DNA of 64,000 bases, taken from contig NW_026925463.1 of NCBI RefSeq assembly GCF_032062105.1, positions 186,001 to 250,000 on the forward strand, written 5' to 3'. Source of the DNA: Saccostrea cucullata. Taxonomy: Eukaryota. Below, in pieces: positions 33,246 through 45,200 of the stretch. Made by a program: the position numbers and the translations under genes. The notes under the pieces are model-generated. The model ran no database searches and was not told the DNA's origin. It saw only the letters and a program-made list of their open reading frames with translations. The stretch's first letter is position 1; the number at the start of each line of letters is the position of its first letter.

Positions 33246-36200
33246 ATGTTGAATGATCTGCAATTATCATTGCAGTTGAAGGCGTTGCAAATAGGATTGT
33301 GGTGGATAGTTTGTTGTTCTTCAATGGTAAGTATTTGACAAATTGCCTTCTGGTAACTACTCAGCTATTATAAAATTGCAACAAACTATAATGAAAAATT
33401 ACACACGCAAACAATGTATTTACAGTACTCTAGATATTTACACTAATTATCAGGCAACATGCCTGATACAACCAGGCATTGTTAATGAGTAAATACAATG
33501 TGTATTAGGCCGATGGCCAAATATGGTAGCCGATGGCTTGTATGTGTGGTGGGCTGCAGGCCCCCATGTATGTGAGGCCTATGGCCTAGTGACAGTGTAA
33601 GGCCGATGGCCATGAGTGAGTTAGGCCGATGGCCTTGCTTGCATGTAAATGGCCGATGGCCTTGAGACAATGAAATGTGGCCGATGGCCTGTGTGCGTGT
33701 GTAAAAGTGGATCTAACATGGATTTAAAATAAACAAAATTTCTTTTGGGGTTAAATAACACACTTGACCAAGTGTGAAATGCCCAAGCAGTTACCTATGA
33801 TCAGATCAAGGTGGTGGTGGGGAGGAAGGTGGGTCTTTGAGATGTAACACTACAGTTGCAGGAACAAGACAAGATGCTAAGAATCTGATTGGCTTATAGA
33901 ATCACGTGATAACAAGCATGTTGAAATATGATACAATCTACATGATTTTATATAAACAATATTTAATAAATTAAATAACATTTTATATAAAACCAACACA
34001 AATGACATTTACAAATTTATTCAAATTGCCTTCTGGTAACTACTCAGCTATTATAAAATTGCAACAAACTATAATGAAAAATTACACACGCAAACAATGT
34101 ATTTACAGTACTCTAGATATTTACACTAATTATCAGGCAACATGCCTGATACAACCAGGCATTGTTAATGAGTAAATACAATGTGTATTAGGCCGATGGC
34201 CAAATATGGTAGCCGATGGCTTGTATGTGTGGTGGGCTGCAGGCCCCCATGTATGTGAGGCCGATGGCCTAGTGACAGTGTAAGGCCGATGGCCATGAGT
34301 GAGTTAGGCCGATGGCCTTGCTTGCATGTAAATGGCCGATGGCCTTGAGACAATGAAATGTGGCCGATGGCCTGTGTGCGTGTGTAAAAGTGGATCTAAC
34401 ATGGATTTAAAATAAACAAAATTTCTTTTGGGGTTAAATAACACACTTGACCAAGTGTGAAATGCCCAAATGAAGTTATTATAATGTCAATATAATAGCT
34501 GAGAGCCCCAAAAGGAATTATCTAACAACACCACTCTTGATCTGATACCAAAACTTTTAAAACTAATGAAAATAGATACAAAGCAAATCATCTTCTTGAA
34601 TTCCAAATTAACCCGTATTGTGAACATGAGATAAAATAAAATGTAAGTTACATTTGCTTTTAAACTACTGTTCATTGTTTAACAATCCGCTCCAAGTTTT
34701 GAGAAAACAAACCAAATACACAACCTGATGTGAACATAAAATGTTAAATTGCATGCTTAACTGATCTATTATATTTACATACACAACTACACAACACAGT
34801 AGCTAGTCTTTTTACACACCTTTTTGACAACACATTGCCTTTTGTGCACGTGACAAAGTTTGATCATCGGAACGAATGTACCTGGTGTAACAGTCTGAGC
34901 TCCATCTACCTAAGGTTTTGATCAAGTGATCTTCAACTTGTCCACCGGCAGCAGAGGTAGCAGCTCCTATTCTGAAAGAGTGGCCATTGAAATTCTCATC
35001 ATCCAAACCCAGCGATTTGAGTATCTGCTTTAGTTTCGTAATGAAAAATTGTCTTGATAATGGATTTCCAGTTTCATCCGTAAATAAGGCTGAAGACATG
35101 ACACAGTTGTACCACTGTCTACGAAGGGTTAAATATTTTAACATGGATTTCACTGGACACACGGTTTGTTCTGACTGAAATAAACGGATTTGAATTCCTT
35201 TCCGAAAAGGGTCAGTTTTAGATCTTTTAAGCGTGATAGTGTAAGCTTTGTAGTTCCGATCCATGACGACATCTTCCACACACAATAGGTTGTCTTGATT
35301 TATATCGTTCACAGTAAATTCCCCACATCGAAGGAATGCGAAAAATGCTAGAGAACAAGCAGCTTGCAGCATGGTATCTAGGAAATAACCGAACATACCC
35401 CGCTGTAAGACATTTTGAATTTGGATCAAAACACTGTATGTAATGGGCCTCCTTTTCTGTTTAGAACTTTGTTGTTTTTGAATTCCCCTCAACACTGTTC
35501 GCAACCTCGCACACGCTTCATCTGATGATAGAGGATTAGAAATACCAGCCTTCACATAATGGAATCTCACAGCTGCAAGATACAATTTGATGGTATTGTA
35601 TGTTAGTTTTAGGGAATTACAGCAATGAGTAACAAAGTAAATAAGGGTTTGTTCTGAGATCTTAGGTGGATTATAATTAGACGCTTCTATTCCAATCGAT
35701 GAAAGGAACTGGCAATATACTGTAAATCCTGTTCTGTATGCCCTCCTTGTATTGTCGCTTATTGAAGATTCACATAAGTCCCTAGACTCTTTCTCTAATA
35801 CAGGATTAAATCTTTCAAGGATGGTACTGGTACTGGCATTGCAGCTGCTGCTGGAGCTACTTCTCTGAATTTTGTCATCATTTATGCCCCCATATCACAG
35901 TGGCAACAACTATGGGATATAATTCTAACAATGCCATAGATAATGCGTCATCGCCGAGGTCTTAAATTTCTGGAGGCCATTTTCCTTGGAACCATTCTCC
36001 GTAATAGTAACCCCCGTAACCAATGGTAGAAGAAGCATCTGTATACAAGGATATGTCTGAGGCACAAGTCACATTTTCCTCCAGAAAGAACGAATGTCCA
36101 TTCCACTGCTTTAGAAATGTTTCCCACATAGCCAAGTCCATTCTGCATTCTTTAGTTAAATTTACATGATGATGTAATTTAGTAACTGAATGGGCCAGAG

Positions 36201-39200
36201 TTAAAAGATAGGAAATAAATGATCTGCCTGCTGGAATAATTCGTGCAGCGAAATTGAAATGCCCTAATATGCTGAGTAGTTCTCTTTTTGTGCAGGAACG
36301 TTTTGACTTTAAATTGCCAATGAGAAAAAATATGCGCTCTATTTTTTCTGGTGGGATTCGTGCTTCCATTTTAACAGAGTCCAATATAATTCCCAAATAT
36401 TCCATTTCTGTACATGGTCCTTTCGTTTTCTTCTCCGAAATAGGAATTCCTATATTACCAAACACCATTGTCAGTATTGCCATACTTCTGAATCCTTCCT
36501 CCTCTGTAGGATCCAATGTCAAGAAATCATCTAACAAATGTAACACCTGCTTGATTTTTTAGTTATTGGTTAAAATCCAACAGACGGCCTGTGAAAGCAT
36601 ATCAAATATTTTGGGGCTACTTCTGCACCCAAACACTAAGCGTTTATAAAAGTAATATTTGTTTCTCCATTTTATGCCATAAAAGGGTTGCACTGTTTTT
36701 GACAAAGGTAATAGCTTGAATGCGTCCACAATGTCAGTCTTGCACATCAATGAATTAACGCCTAATGATTTCAAAATACTTATGGCATCATCAATACGCA
36801 CATACTGTAACGAGTAATCTTCCTTATCGATGAGGCTATTGATGCTAACTTCTGATGCCGAGTCATGAGGCGATGAGAGGTCTACTATCAATCTGTATTT
36901 CTTTGAGTATTTTCCTTCGGCAACGCCAATAGGGCTAATACGATAGACTTCAAACGGTGGTTCATCATATGGTCCATCTACATAACCTTTGTCAATTTCA
37001 TACTTGAGTAAAGTGTCTACTACTTCAGGTTTCTTCCTAGCTGTACTTAAGTTTTTGCATTCAAATGAAGCCAAAGGCAGCTTAGAAATTCCTGTATCAA
37101 ATCCATTCTCCAATCCATTAATGAAAGTATCTACAAAGTTTTTGTCTGGATGATGGTGCAATTCTGACTTAAATGCTTTGATGTTGATCGTAGTTAAAAT
37201 TTCTTGTTTTTTTTAATCTGACGGTAGGGTAAATTCAGGTAGTCATTGCTTCTCACTTTGGTTGCCCTCATTTTGTTTCGTGGTTGTTTTACATTTGTTG
37301 TGTGGAAGTATGTTTTCCCATCTTACAAGTTGAACAAACATGTAACAAGTTACACGAGGGTCTGTTGCATCCTGCCTCGCTGTTAAAATTGTTACATATT
37401 TCTCTGCCCCTATGCGTGATTCTGGGCCTTCCTTGCACGTCCAGTTGGCTTTGTTGTCCTCTGTTTCTGTTCTGTCCTGGAAGTGAACTATTTGGAACTG
37501 CACTGAATTTTGCTCTTGGGCAGAAATGTGAAGTGTGTGTAGTACTGTTGCAATTCTCACATCTAATTACCGTCTGGCCAGCAAAAATAGTCGTAAACAG
37601 TTTCGTGTCCCTAATTGACCAGTCGACTCTGATATTTCTTTGATGAAGTAGGGCACTGGCTCTCGCTGAAAAGACCTTGTGATAATCGTAAAAAGCAGAA
37701 CCACGTGTCATGGACGCCATCTCCACGATATCACGTTCGTATGCATCCAATTCTATCCTTCTTTCCGGATATACTTCACAAATTATGTTTTTGTATTTTG
37801 AAAATGCCAGTATAAACTCGCTAATGGATAAGTTTCTTTGTAATCTGGCATCAGTATTTTGTTTCAGTAAGATATAACGGCCTTCCGTTTCTTGAATTTT
37901 GTGTTCCTCATTTTCGCGAGGTAGAAGTAAGGCGGCAAGATTGACATCCTTACCTTGGATAATGTTGTTCCTGAGGGTTGTGGACACAGTCTCGACATAC
38001 GGGACCGAATCCGATGGAACACGAGAGCCCGATGGTAAATTAACATGGTCCGGTTCCGATGTCGGTGTACTCTGGTTGGGATTTCGTTGTTGTAAATTGC
38101 TGACAACATTGGTAAGTGACAGAAGAGACTGTTGTATTGTATCAATTGCTTGGCTCAGCGAGTCTATTTTGGTTTCATTTATTGACTTCCGCCCAGCCTC
38201 GTTATGACTTGCTCTCTCCGAAGATGCCGGAAGTTCATGATCGTCTTCGCCATTTTGATTCTCACTAATGTCAATTGTTCTTTCGCCTGTCATCGAACTG
38301 CTAAGCTCTTTACGACTGTCTTGTACATTGTCTTTATAAATTTGAAGTAATTGAGATTTCTTTAAAGTAGCTGGCACTACTATATTTGCGTCTTTCAGTT
38401 TTTGTATTAAGTCTGATGACGACCAATTTTCGGGTATATTAGCGTCCCATCTAGATGTGCTTTGATTTTCACTGCGAGTACGCACATTCCTACCTGGAAT
38501 ATCACTTGTCTTTCTTTTCCTTCCCGTCATTTTAATTTCTATAGTCACAATAATAAGAGCCTCGGGCTAAAGTTCAAGTCATTCGACCATAACATGTAAA
38601 CATTGAAACGAAACAAACACACGTGTATCCTGGGTCGGCAGTCACATACTGTAAATGCATTTACCACTTGTAAATAGTCCACATATTATGAATACACTAC
38701 AAAAAATCCAAGTTGGCTAGGAGAAGAATATATTCCGAAGGAATCTAGAGAAAGTCTTTGAGATGTAACACTACAGTTGCAGGAACAAGACAAGATGCTA
38801 AGAATCTGATTGGCTTATAGAATCACGTGATAACAAGCATGTTGAAATATGATACAATCTACATGATTTTATATAAACAATATTTAATAAATTAAATAAC
38901 ATACTAATAATATCTGATTAACTTTTGAAATTATGGATATGTAGTAGTATTTTATGTGATACATATTCTCAATTTCTTGTTTAAGAGTTCAATTGCAGCC
39001 ATATATTGTCCAGCATCTATTAATACGGTAGTAAATGTAAGAAGATGTCCGAGAACAAGTTTCGAATGGAAAAACGCATCAATTTATAAAAACTGTACAA
39101 GCGAGATACGAAGTTGTGTACGACAAACCGACTTTGTGTACCACTGTGTCATAAATACGTACCTCAACGCCACAGTCGAGGTTTGTGCATCCTCTACAAA

Positions 39201-42200
39201 CATCTTAGGTAAGTTTTTGTTTGGTTTGTGTGTTTGTCTTTGTATAAGGTCTTCTATAGTTGTTTAATACCATTTCATGTATGATCATTAGGGAATACTT
39301 GGGCTGAGTACAACACTAAAGGAGCCAGGATCCAGGGAAATGTTGACGCAGTATGTACGTCCTGTCCTTTCAGATATCCATCTACAGATGCATACAAATG
39401 TACGTAAAACAAATTGTCTTTCAAATTATCTTTAATGTTCTCTTTCAATTTCTTTCTTTTTTTGGACAATCACTTGAATACTATGATTCAATAAAAATCA
39501 AAATAGCTATTTTTTGCCCATTTTTTTTAAGTGAAGTATATTTATCATTGTGTGTTAACATTTGAACATTTTCAGCTTTTTCTCTGCAACCACTCATCCA
39601 ATTTCAACCAAAGCATATACGGATGAAGGGAAATAAAAAATGTGAATATCATGGTCCCTGCCCCCCCTAGGGGCCTGAGGGATGAGGTGAAAACCTCTAA
39701 AATTTATGCAATCTTTAAAAATCTTCTTTACCCCTGGACATCAGATGGACAAACTTTTGGCATGATTGTGATTAGAATTGAGTCCTCTACCAAATTGTGA
39801 CCCAAGGGTCAGGGGTTCTACTGGTAGGGCGGGACTCTATTGATTATATGGTGAAAATGCATTATTTCTTTGAAAAACTTCTTCTCTACTCCTGGGCATT
39901 AAATAACTAACTAAGTACATAGTTATGTTGAATAAGACTGCCTCTTCCAAAATTGGCAAATTCATGGTCCCAGGGTCAGGGGTTCTAGTGCTAGAGTGGG
40001 GCTATATAGATTATGCTGTGACAGTGCAATATTTCTTTGAAAATCTTCCCCCTCCTGCGCATTAAATAAACTCACGAAGTATATAGTTATGCTGAATAAG
40101 GTTCCAAAATTATGAATTTCATTGGGTTCTGGTGTTAGGGCGGGGCTCAGTTGATGATATAGTAAAAATGCATAAATCTTTAAAATCTTCTCCTCTGCTC
40201 CTGGGTTTTAAACCAATGAACTACACGGAACGACTTTCCTTAGAAAAACGCGCTAAAATGCAATATCACCGAAGGCGACCTCAGTATATATGAGATCGTG
40301 CGAGCGATCGAAAAAATTAAAATACGACGTTTTTGGCCTTTTGACCCCCAGGTCGAATTCGACTGTTAAAAGTTAAGTAATTAAGGAGTCAATCCTTACG
40401 TTGCGGGTTCGAATCCCACTGTGGGACGTAGCGATCGGTCCTTCGGATGAGACCTTTGAACCGAGGTCCCGTGTCGCAGTAGGTGCTGGCACGAAAAAGA
40501 TCCCTTACTGCTCAATGGCCCTAAGTGCCGAGTATGGGACAAATTTGTAGCTCTCCACCGGCAAAAGGTGGCGTCTTCATATGAGTGAAAAATTCTAGAG
40601 AGGGACGTTAAACAACATACAATCAATCATGACCTCGTTTGTTGAAAGAAAATTGTTTATTCATTGAAAAAAAACGACAAGAAATAATTGTCAACGAAGC
40701 ATACCGTTAACGAGAAAATTCTAAAAATCAACAAAATTGCTGCATAAATCATATGCACTTTCTCAATCGATAAAATTTTTAAAAACTTAAATTGGACCGT
40801 GGATTTTTACCGTTTCAATTTAAATATGTAAAAATAGTAACTAAACACTTACATACATGTAGTCGACATTTGCGCAGCAACATACATCCTTGGAATATTT
40901 ATACCTTTTTTGGATAGACTTTACTTTACCGGTCTTCAGGCCTGGGGGCCATAACAGTGAGATGAGCTCACTGTCGATCTCAGTCTTACTTTAACCAAAG
41001 AAATATATAATGGAAAAGTGAGACCGAGATCAAAAGTGAGCTCGTTTCACTTTTATGGCCCCTGGGCCAGATCCGCAAGATCCTCGCGCTCAGGCGTCTA
41101 TGACGTAATATTTACGTGACTCAACAAAGAAGGGTTAGTCTTGCATACTTTTTGAGTGATAAGGGTTAGTCTTGTACCCACCTGAGAGATTAGGGTTAGT
41201 CCTTGCACAAGTATTCGACTGATAAGGATTAGTCTCGCATCCATCCGAGAGATTAGGGTTAGTCCTTGCACATTATTTGATTGATTAGTGTTAGTAGAAC
41301 ATCTGCCAGTAAGATTTCGTCTAAACGTCTTAGTCCTTGCATACCATCCGCGAGATTAGGGCTAGTGACCCGTTCTTTTGGATACATTAAGAAATTTAGT
41401 TTCTTCTGTAATTTTTGCAAGGTCATAATCCAGCTTCAACGCCATTTCGTTGGTTTATTTACATGAAATAATGATAGTCCGAAAGAATTGACTCTTAGAA
41501 TACGCCTTATTGACAATTTTATCTTGTCGATTTTTTATGCCCCCGTAAACAAAGTTTCGGGGGTATATAGTTTTTGTCGTGTCCGTCCGTCTGTCTGTCT
41601 CTCTGTTTGTCTGCAAAAGCTTTAACCTTTCTCATAACTTTTAATTTAGTGGAGCTATGACTTTCATATTTCACATATGTATTCCTTGTGACAAGACCTT
41701 TCTTTGGGTACCACCAAATTTGACCTTTTGACATTGACCTTGGACTTTGACCCACTTTTACACAAAAATTCCAAACATTTACTTTGGCCATATCTTTTGA
41801 ACAGTAGATACCAGGACAATTATACTTCACGTATATATTTTTTATGGAAAGACCTTTTATTGGATACCACCAACCTTGACCTTTTGACCTTGGAGATTTC
41901 CGTACTTATGAGAAAACTTTAACCTTGGCCATAACTTTTGAACGGTAAGGGATAGAGCTTTCATACTTCACATATGTAATACTTGTGAGAAGACCCTTCA
42001 TTGGATACCATGAACTTTGACCCTTTGACCTTGACCTTGGAGTTCTACCTACTTTAAAAAAGCAAAGCTTGACAAGAATTTTAAAAGGGTTAGGGCTAGT
42101 GCTTTCATACTTTACATATTTAATGCTTGTGACAAGCCCTTTCATTTGATAGGAAGACCTTTGACCTTATGACCTTGACCTTGGAGTTTGACTTACTTAT

Positions 42201-45200
42201 TAATTTTTTAACCTTGGCCATAACTTCTGAACGTTAAGAACTTGGGCTTCCATACTTTACATACGTAATCCTTGTGATAAGACTTTTCATTAGATACCAA
42301 TTACCTTGACCTTTTGACCTTGACCTTGGAGATTTTCATACTTATGAAAAAACTTAAACCTTGGCCATAACTTTTGAACGCTAAGGGCTAGTGATCTCAT
42401 ACTACACATATGTAATCCTTGTGAAAAGACCCTTCATTGGATACCAATATTTCCAAACTGATGAAAACTTTTTTACCCTGGCCTTATTTTCTATTTCAGA
42501 GCTGTATTTCCAGTGAGTTTGCATTTAAGAAAAGTTAATCTTCGCTAATTTGTTGCCATACGGGGGCATCAGTGTTTCACAAACACATCTTGTTCAATGA
42601 ATAAACAGTATTTTCGTTTCAAAAATTGTAAACTAACTTTTAACCCTAGAATTCGATTTTGTGATCATTTTTTTTTCCATCGATCACGTGAACTCATATA
42701 TGCTGTATTTTGCTGAGGTCCAGTTAAGTAAAGTCGTTCCAAATTTTAAAATATATGGCCCCAAAGTTGAAAAGGTCAAAAGTTCGATCGATCGTATTTT
42801 AATTTTTTTTTTTCGATCGCTCACACGATCTCATATAACTGAAGTAGCCTTCGGCGATAGTACATTTTAGCGCGTTTTTCTGAGGACCGGTAAAGTCGTT
42901 CCAAAGTAAGCATACTAAATGTACAGTTATGATAAGCAATGGTGTCTCTTTTAAATTTGTGAATGTTGTGGCCTCTAGTTTAAAACACAAACCAAATTCA
43001 ATTTTTGGAAAGTTGTTACATGATACTTGGGTGACCTAGAAGGCCCATGGACCTCCTGTTATTAATGAGGTTATTAGCAAGAGTGATTGATTTAATTACA
43101 TGAAGCGCTTTTTTAAATATTGTATAATAAAAATATAATGATAATAATGTAACAGACGTGTATGATGGTGATGTCAGATAAACAACAAGGCTGTTGGGTC
43201 AAGCTGAGTTATAGATTTCTAAAAAATAAGTAAGATTTTCTCTTTATTTTGTAGTTCAGGTTTGGATATGAACAAGACAATCTCTTTATTACGATGGAAT
43301 ACGAAAAAAAAAAACCTATAATGAAATAACAAATCATATTATTTTTCTCATCTATTCCAAGCTCTCTGATTGGCTCAAACTTGATCACATGATAAAGTAT
43401 ATAACAGCATATAGACTTGAGTTATTATTTATAGATTTTGAAAGGCATAGCGACTTAATGCTTACAAAATTTGAAATAATTTTCTGTAAAACAACAATAG
43501 CGTTGAATTCAAAACAGCTAACATTGTGTATGACTTGATTTTTTTTCAAGAGAAAAATTACACTTCAACTCCTATTCATAATTGTGATGTTCTGTTATAA
43601 AAAGTAAAACTTTAAGACTGAAGTCATCAGTCATTTGGATCATGTAAAAAGCACGTGTCATCATTACTTCCGATTGAGACAGTGACTGAGAAACTACAGA
43701 TCAAAAAATATTAAATTAATCTGCTTATTGTGTATTTTCTTTGTACCAATAGAGTAATTTGGGGATTTCAAAAATCAATACAAAACTTAATAAGACAAAT
43801 GTAATCTTTTTGAAAAAGGAAATCCCCAAATTACTCTATCGTCTTGTCAATGTAGATAGTTATAGGAATATCTCAATATCTACAAATCAACAATAAAACC
43901 TTGTAGATATCTAAACTAATCATAAAATAAAGTTTACTTTGAAAATATGAAAAAGTGAGACATAAATGTATTTACTATATTTACACATTACTCAATATCT
44001 ATAATCTCTCTCTCAATATACATTTACTCCAAAAAAGTTATTTATGAAATCAAGTGCATAAATTACAGATATCACATTTAATAAAATTATAATCATATCA
44101 CTCATTAGTTTGAAAGAATTACTTACCATGCAAGTAGAAAGGTAGGTCTAAAAGTCAAACGTCTGATTTATAAAACTGACAAAATTACACTTTTATCACC
44201 TTACACAAACAGGCAAAAATTGACCACAAAAGATAAAAAAAAAGGGAAAAACAAAAACCAATCGAAAAGCATAAGACAACACTAAAAAAAACAAATAAAC
44301 TAAAAGATTCAAAATGACCATGACCAGAATATAATTAGAGCCCTAAGGCTAACTCTGGGCCTCTCTGGAAAAGAATAATTTAAAAAATTAAAACACTTAA
44401 CTACAGGTTCAATGAATAATTATATAATTCAGCTGTAGGAGTGTGCTGCAAATAAAAACATACATAATTAATTTAATGAATAGATGCACATGTAATGTAC
44501 ATTGCTATGCAATGTGCACAATATATAAAAACATGAGTCGGTCACAATAATAATGATAATAATAACTAGAAACTCATTACTAGTAATGAGAAGGTGTTCC
44601 ATTGTACTGCTTCCTGTTGGGAGTCTTTCGCACTTTTTTAGCTGGCACTTCTAGCGGAAATAGTTTGCACGGAAATGTCTTTTCTTACGCCAGTATTAGC
44701 TCATAACTTGTATATAAACAAAATAATACACCTTTTTGCGCTACTTACTGTCTCAATCGGAAGTAATGACGACACATGCTTTTTACATGATCCAAATGAC
44801 TGATGACTAAAAATTCAGTCCTAAAGTTTAGAATTCGGTAGCTTACTGTCGCCAAGCAATTGTGAAAACAGATTCTAATTTTGAAGACAGGGAAACGCGC
44901 GGCCTGAAGTGAATTGTATAAAAATTGTTTCTCTAGAAATTTGTAGTACTTTACAGTACTGTAGATCTTTTCCTTCGTTTTGTGCTTTGTGTAGCATACC
45001 GGGGGTATATCACTCAGAACGAATCTTTCTGCAGACCATTTGACTGGTGATAATTTTGAATGTACGAGGGACGTTCAATAAATAATGTCATCGGTGCTCG
45101 GAAAGAAACAAAAACGCTTAATAATAAAACTAAAATATTCTCTTTTAATTAAAACACATGTCCGTAACATTTTATTCAATTTCTAATTGTTTTTGGAACA

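Larger units (their letters stand above)
33339..38902 (-). mobile_element. Ngaro-type DIRS-order tyrosine-recombinase retrotransposon (A1-gag-pol-YR-B1-A2-B2)
   Basis: Split direct repeats: A (149 bp) at 38754-38902 and 33833-33981; B (448 bp) at 34022-34469 and 33339-33786. ORFs encode gag, RT/RNase H and a tyrosine recombinase. Inserted in intron 1 of receptor copy 1. Confidence 0.93.
40227..42902. mobile_element. Non-autonomous DNA transposon with ~100-bp TIRs (GGAACGACTTT...AAAGTCGTTCC) carrying nested insertions
   Basis: Imperfect long inverted repeats at 40227-40330 and 42790-42902. Confidence 0.7.
39550..43040. mobile_element. HINE-type Helentron (reverse orientation of the 18196 family), interrupted by a nested 2.7-kb element
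   Basis: Reverse complement of the 18196-19581 sequence at 39550-40225 and 42905-43040 (ends GGTGACCTAGAAGGCCCATGGACCTCCTGTT). Confidence 0.7.

Noticed and set aside
33482-34353. Two identical 62-aa ORFs (MSQGHRPFTCKQ...)
   Set aside because: Incidental translation of the duplicated Ngaro B repeats and their GGCCGATGGCC motif.
34812-35585. Phage integrase or bacterial contamination
   Set aside because: The tyrosine recombinase lies with gag, RT and split direct repeats inside a spliceosomal intron, so it belongs to a Ngaro retrotransposon.
41128-41370. CRISPR array
   Set aside because: Eukaryotic context and no cas genes. The 'spacers' are only 10-13 nt and related to each other, so this is a minisatellite.
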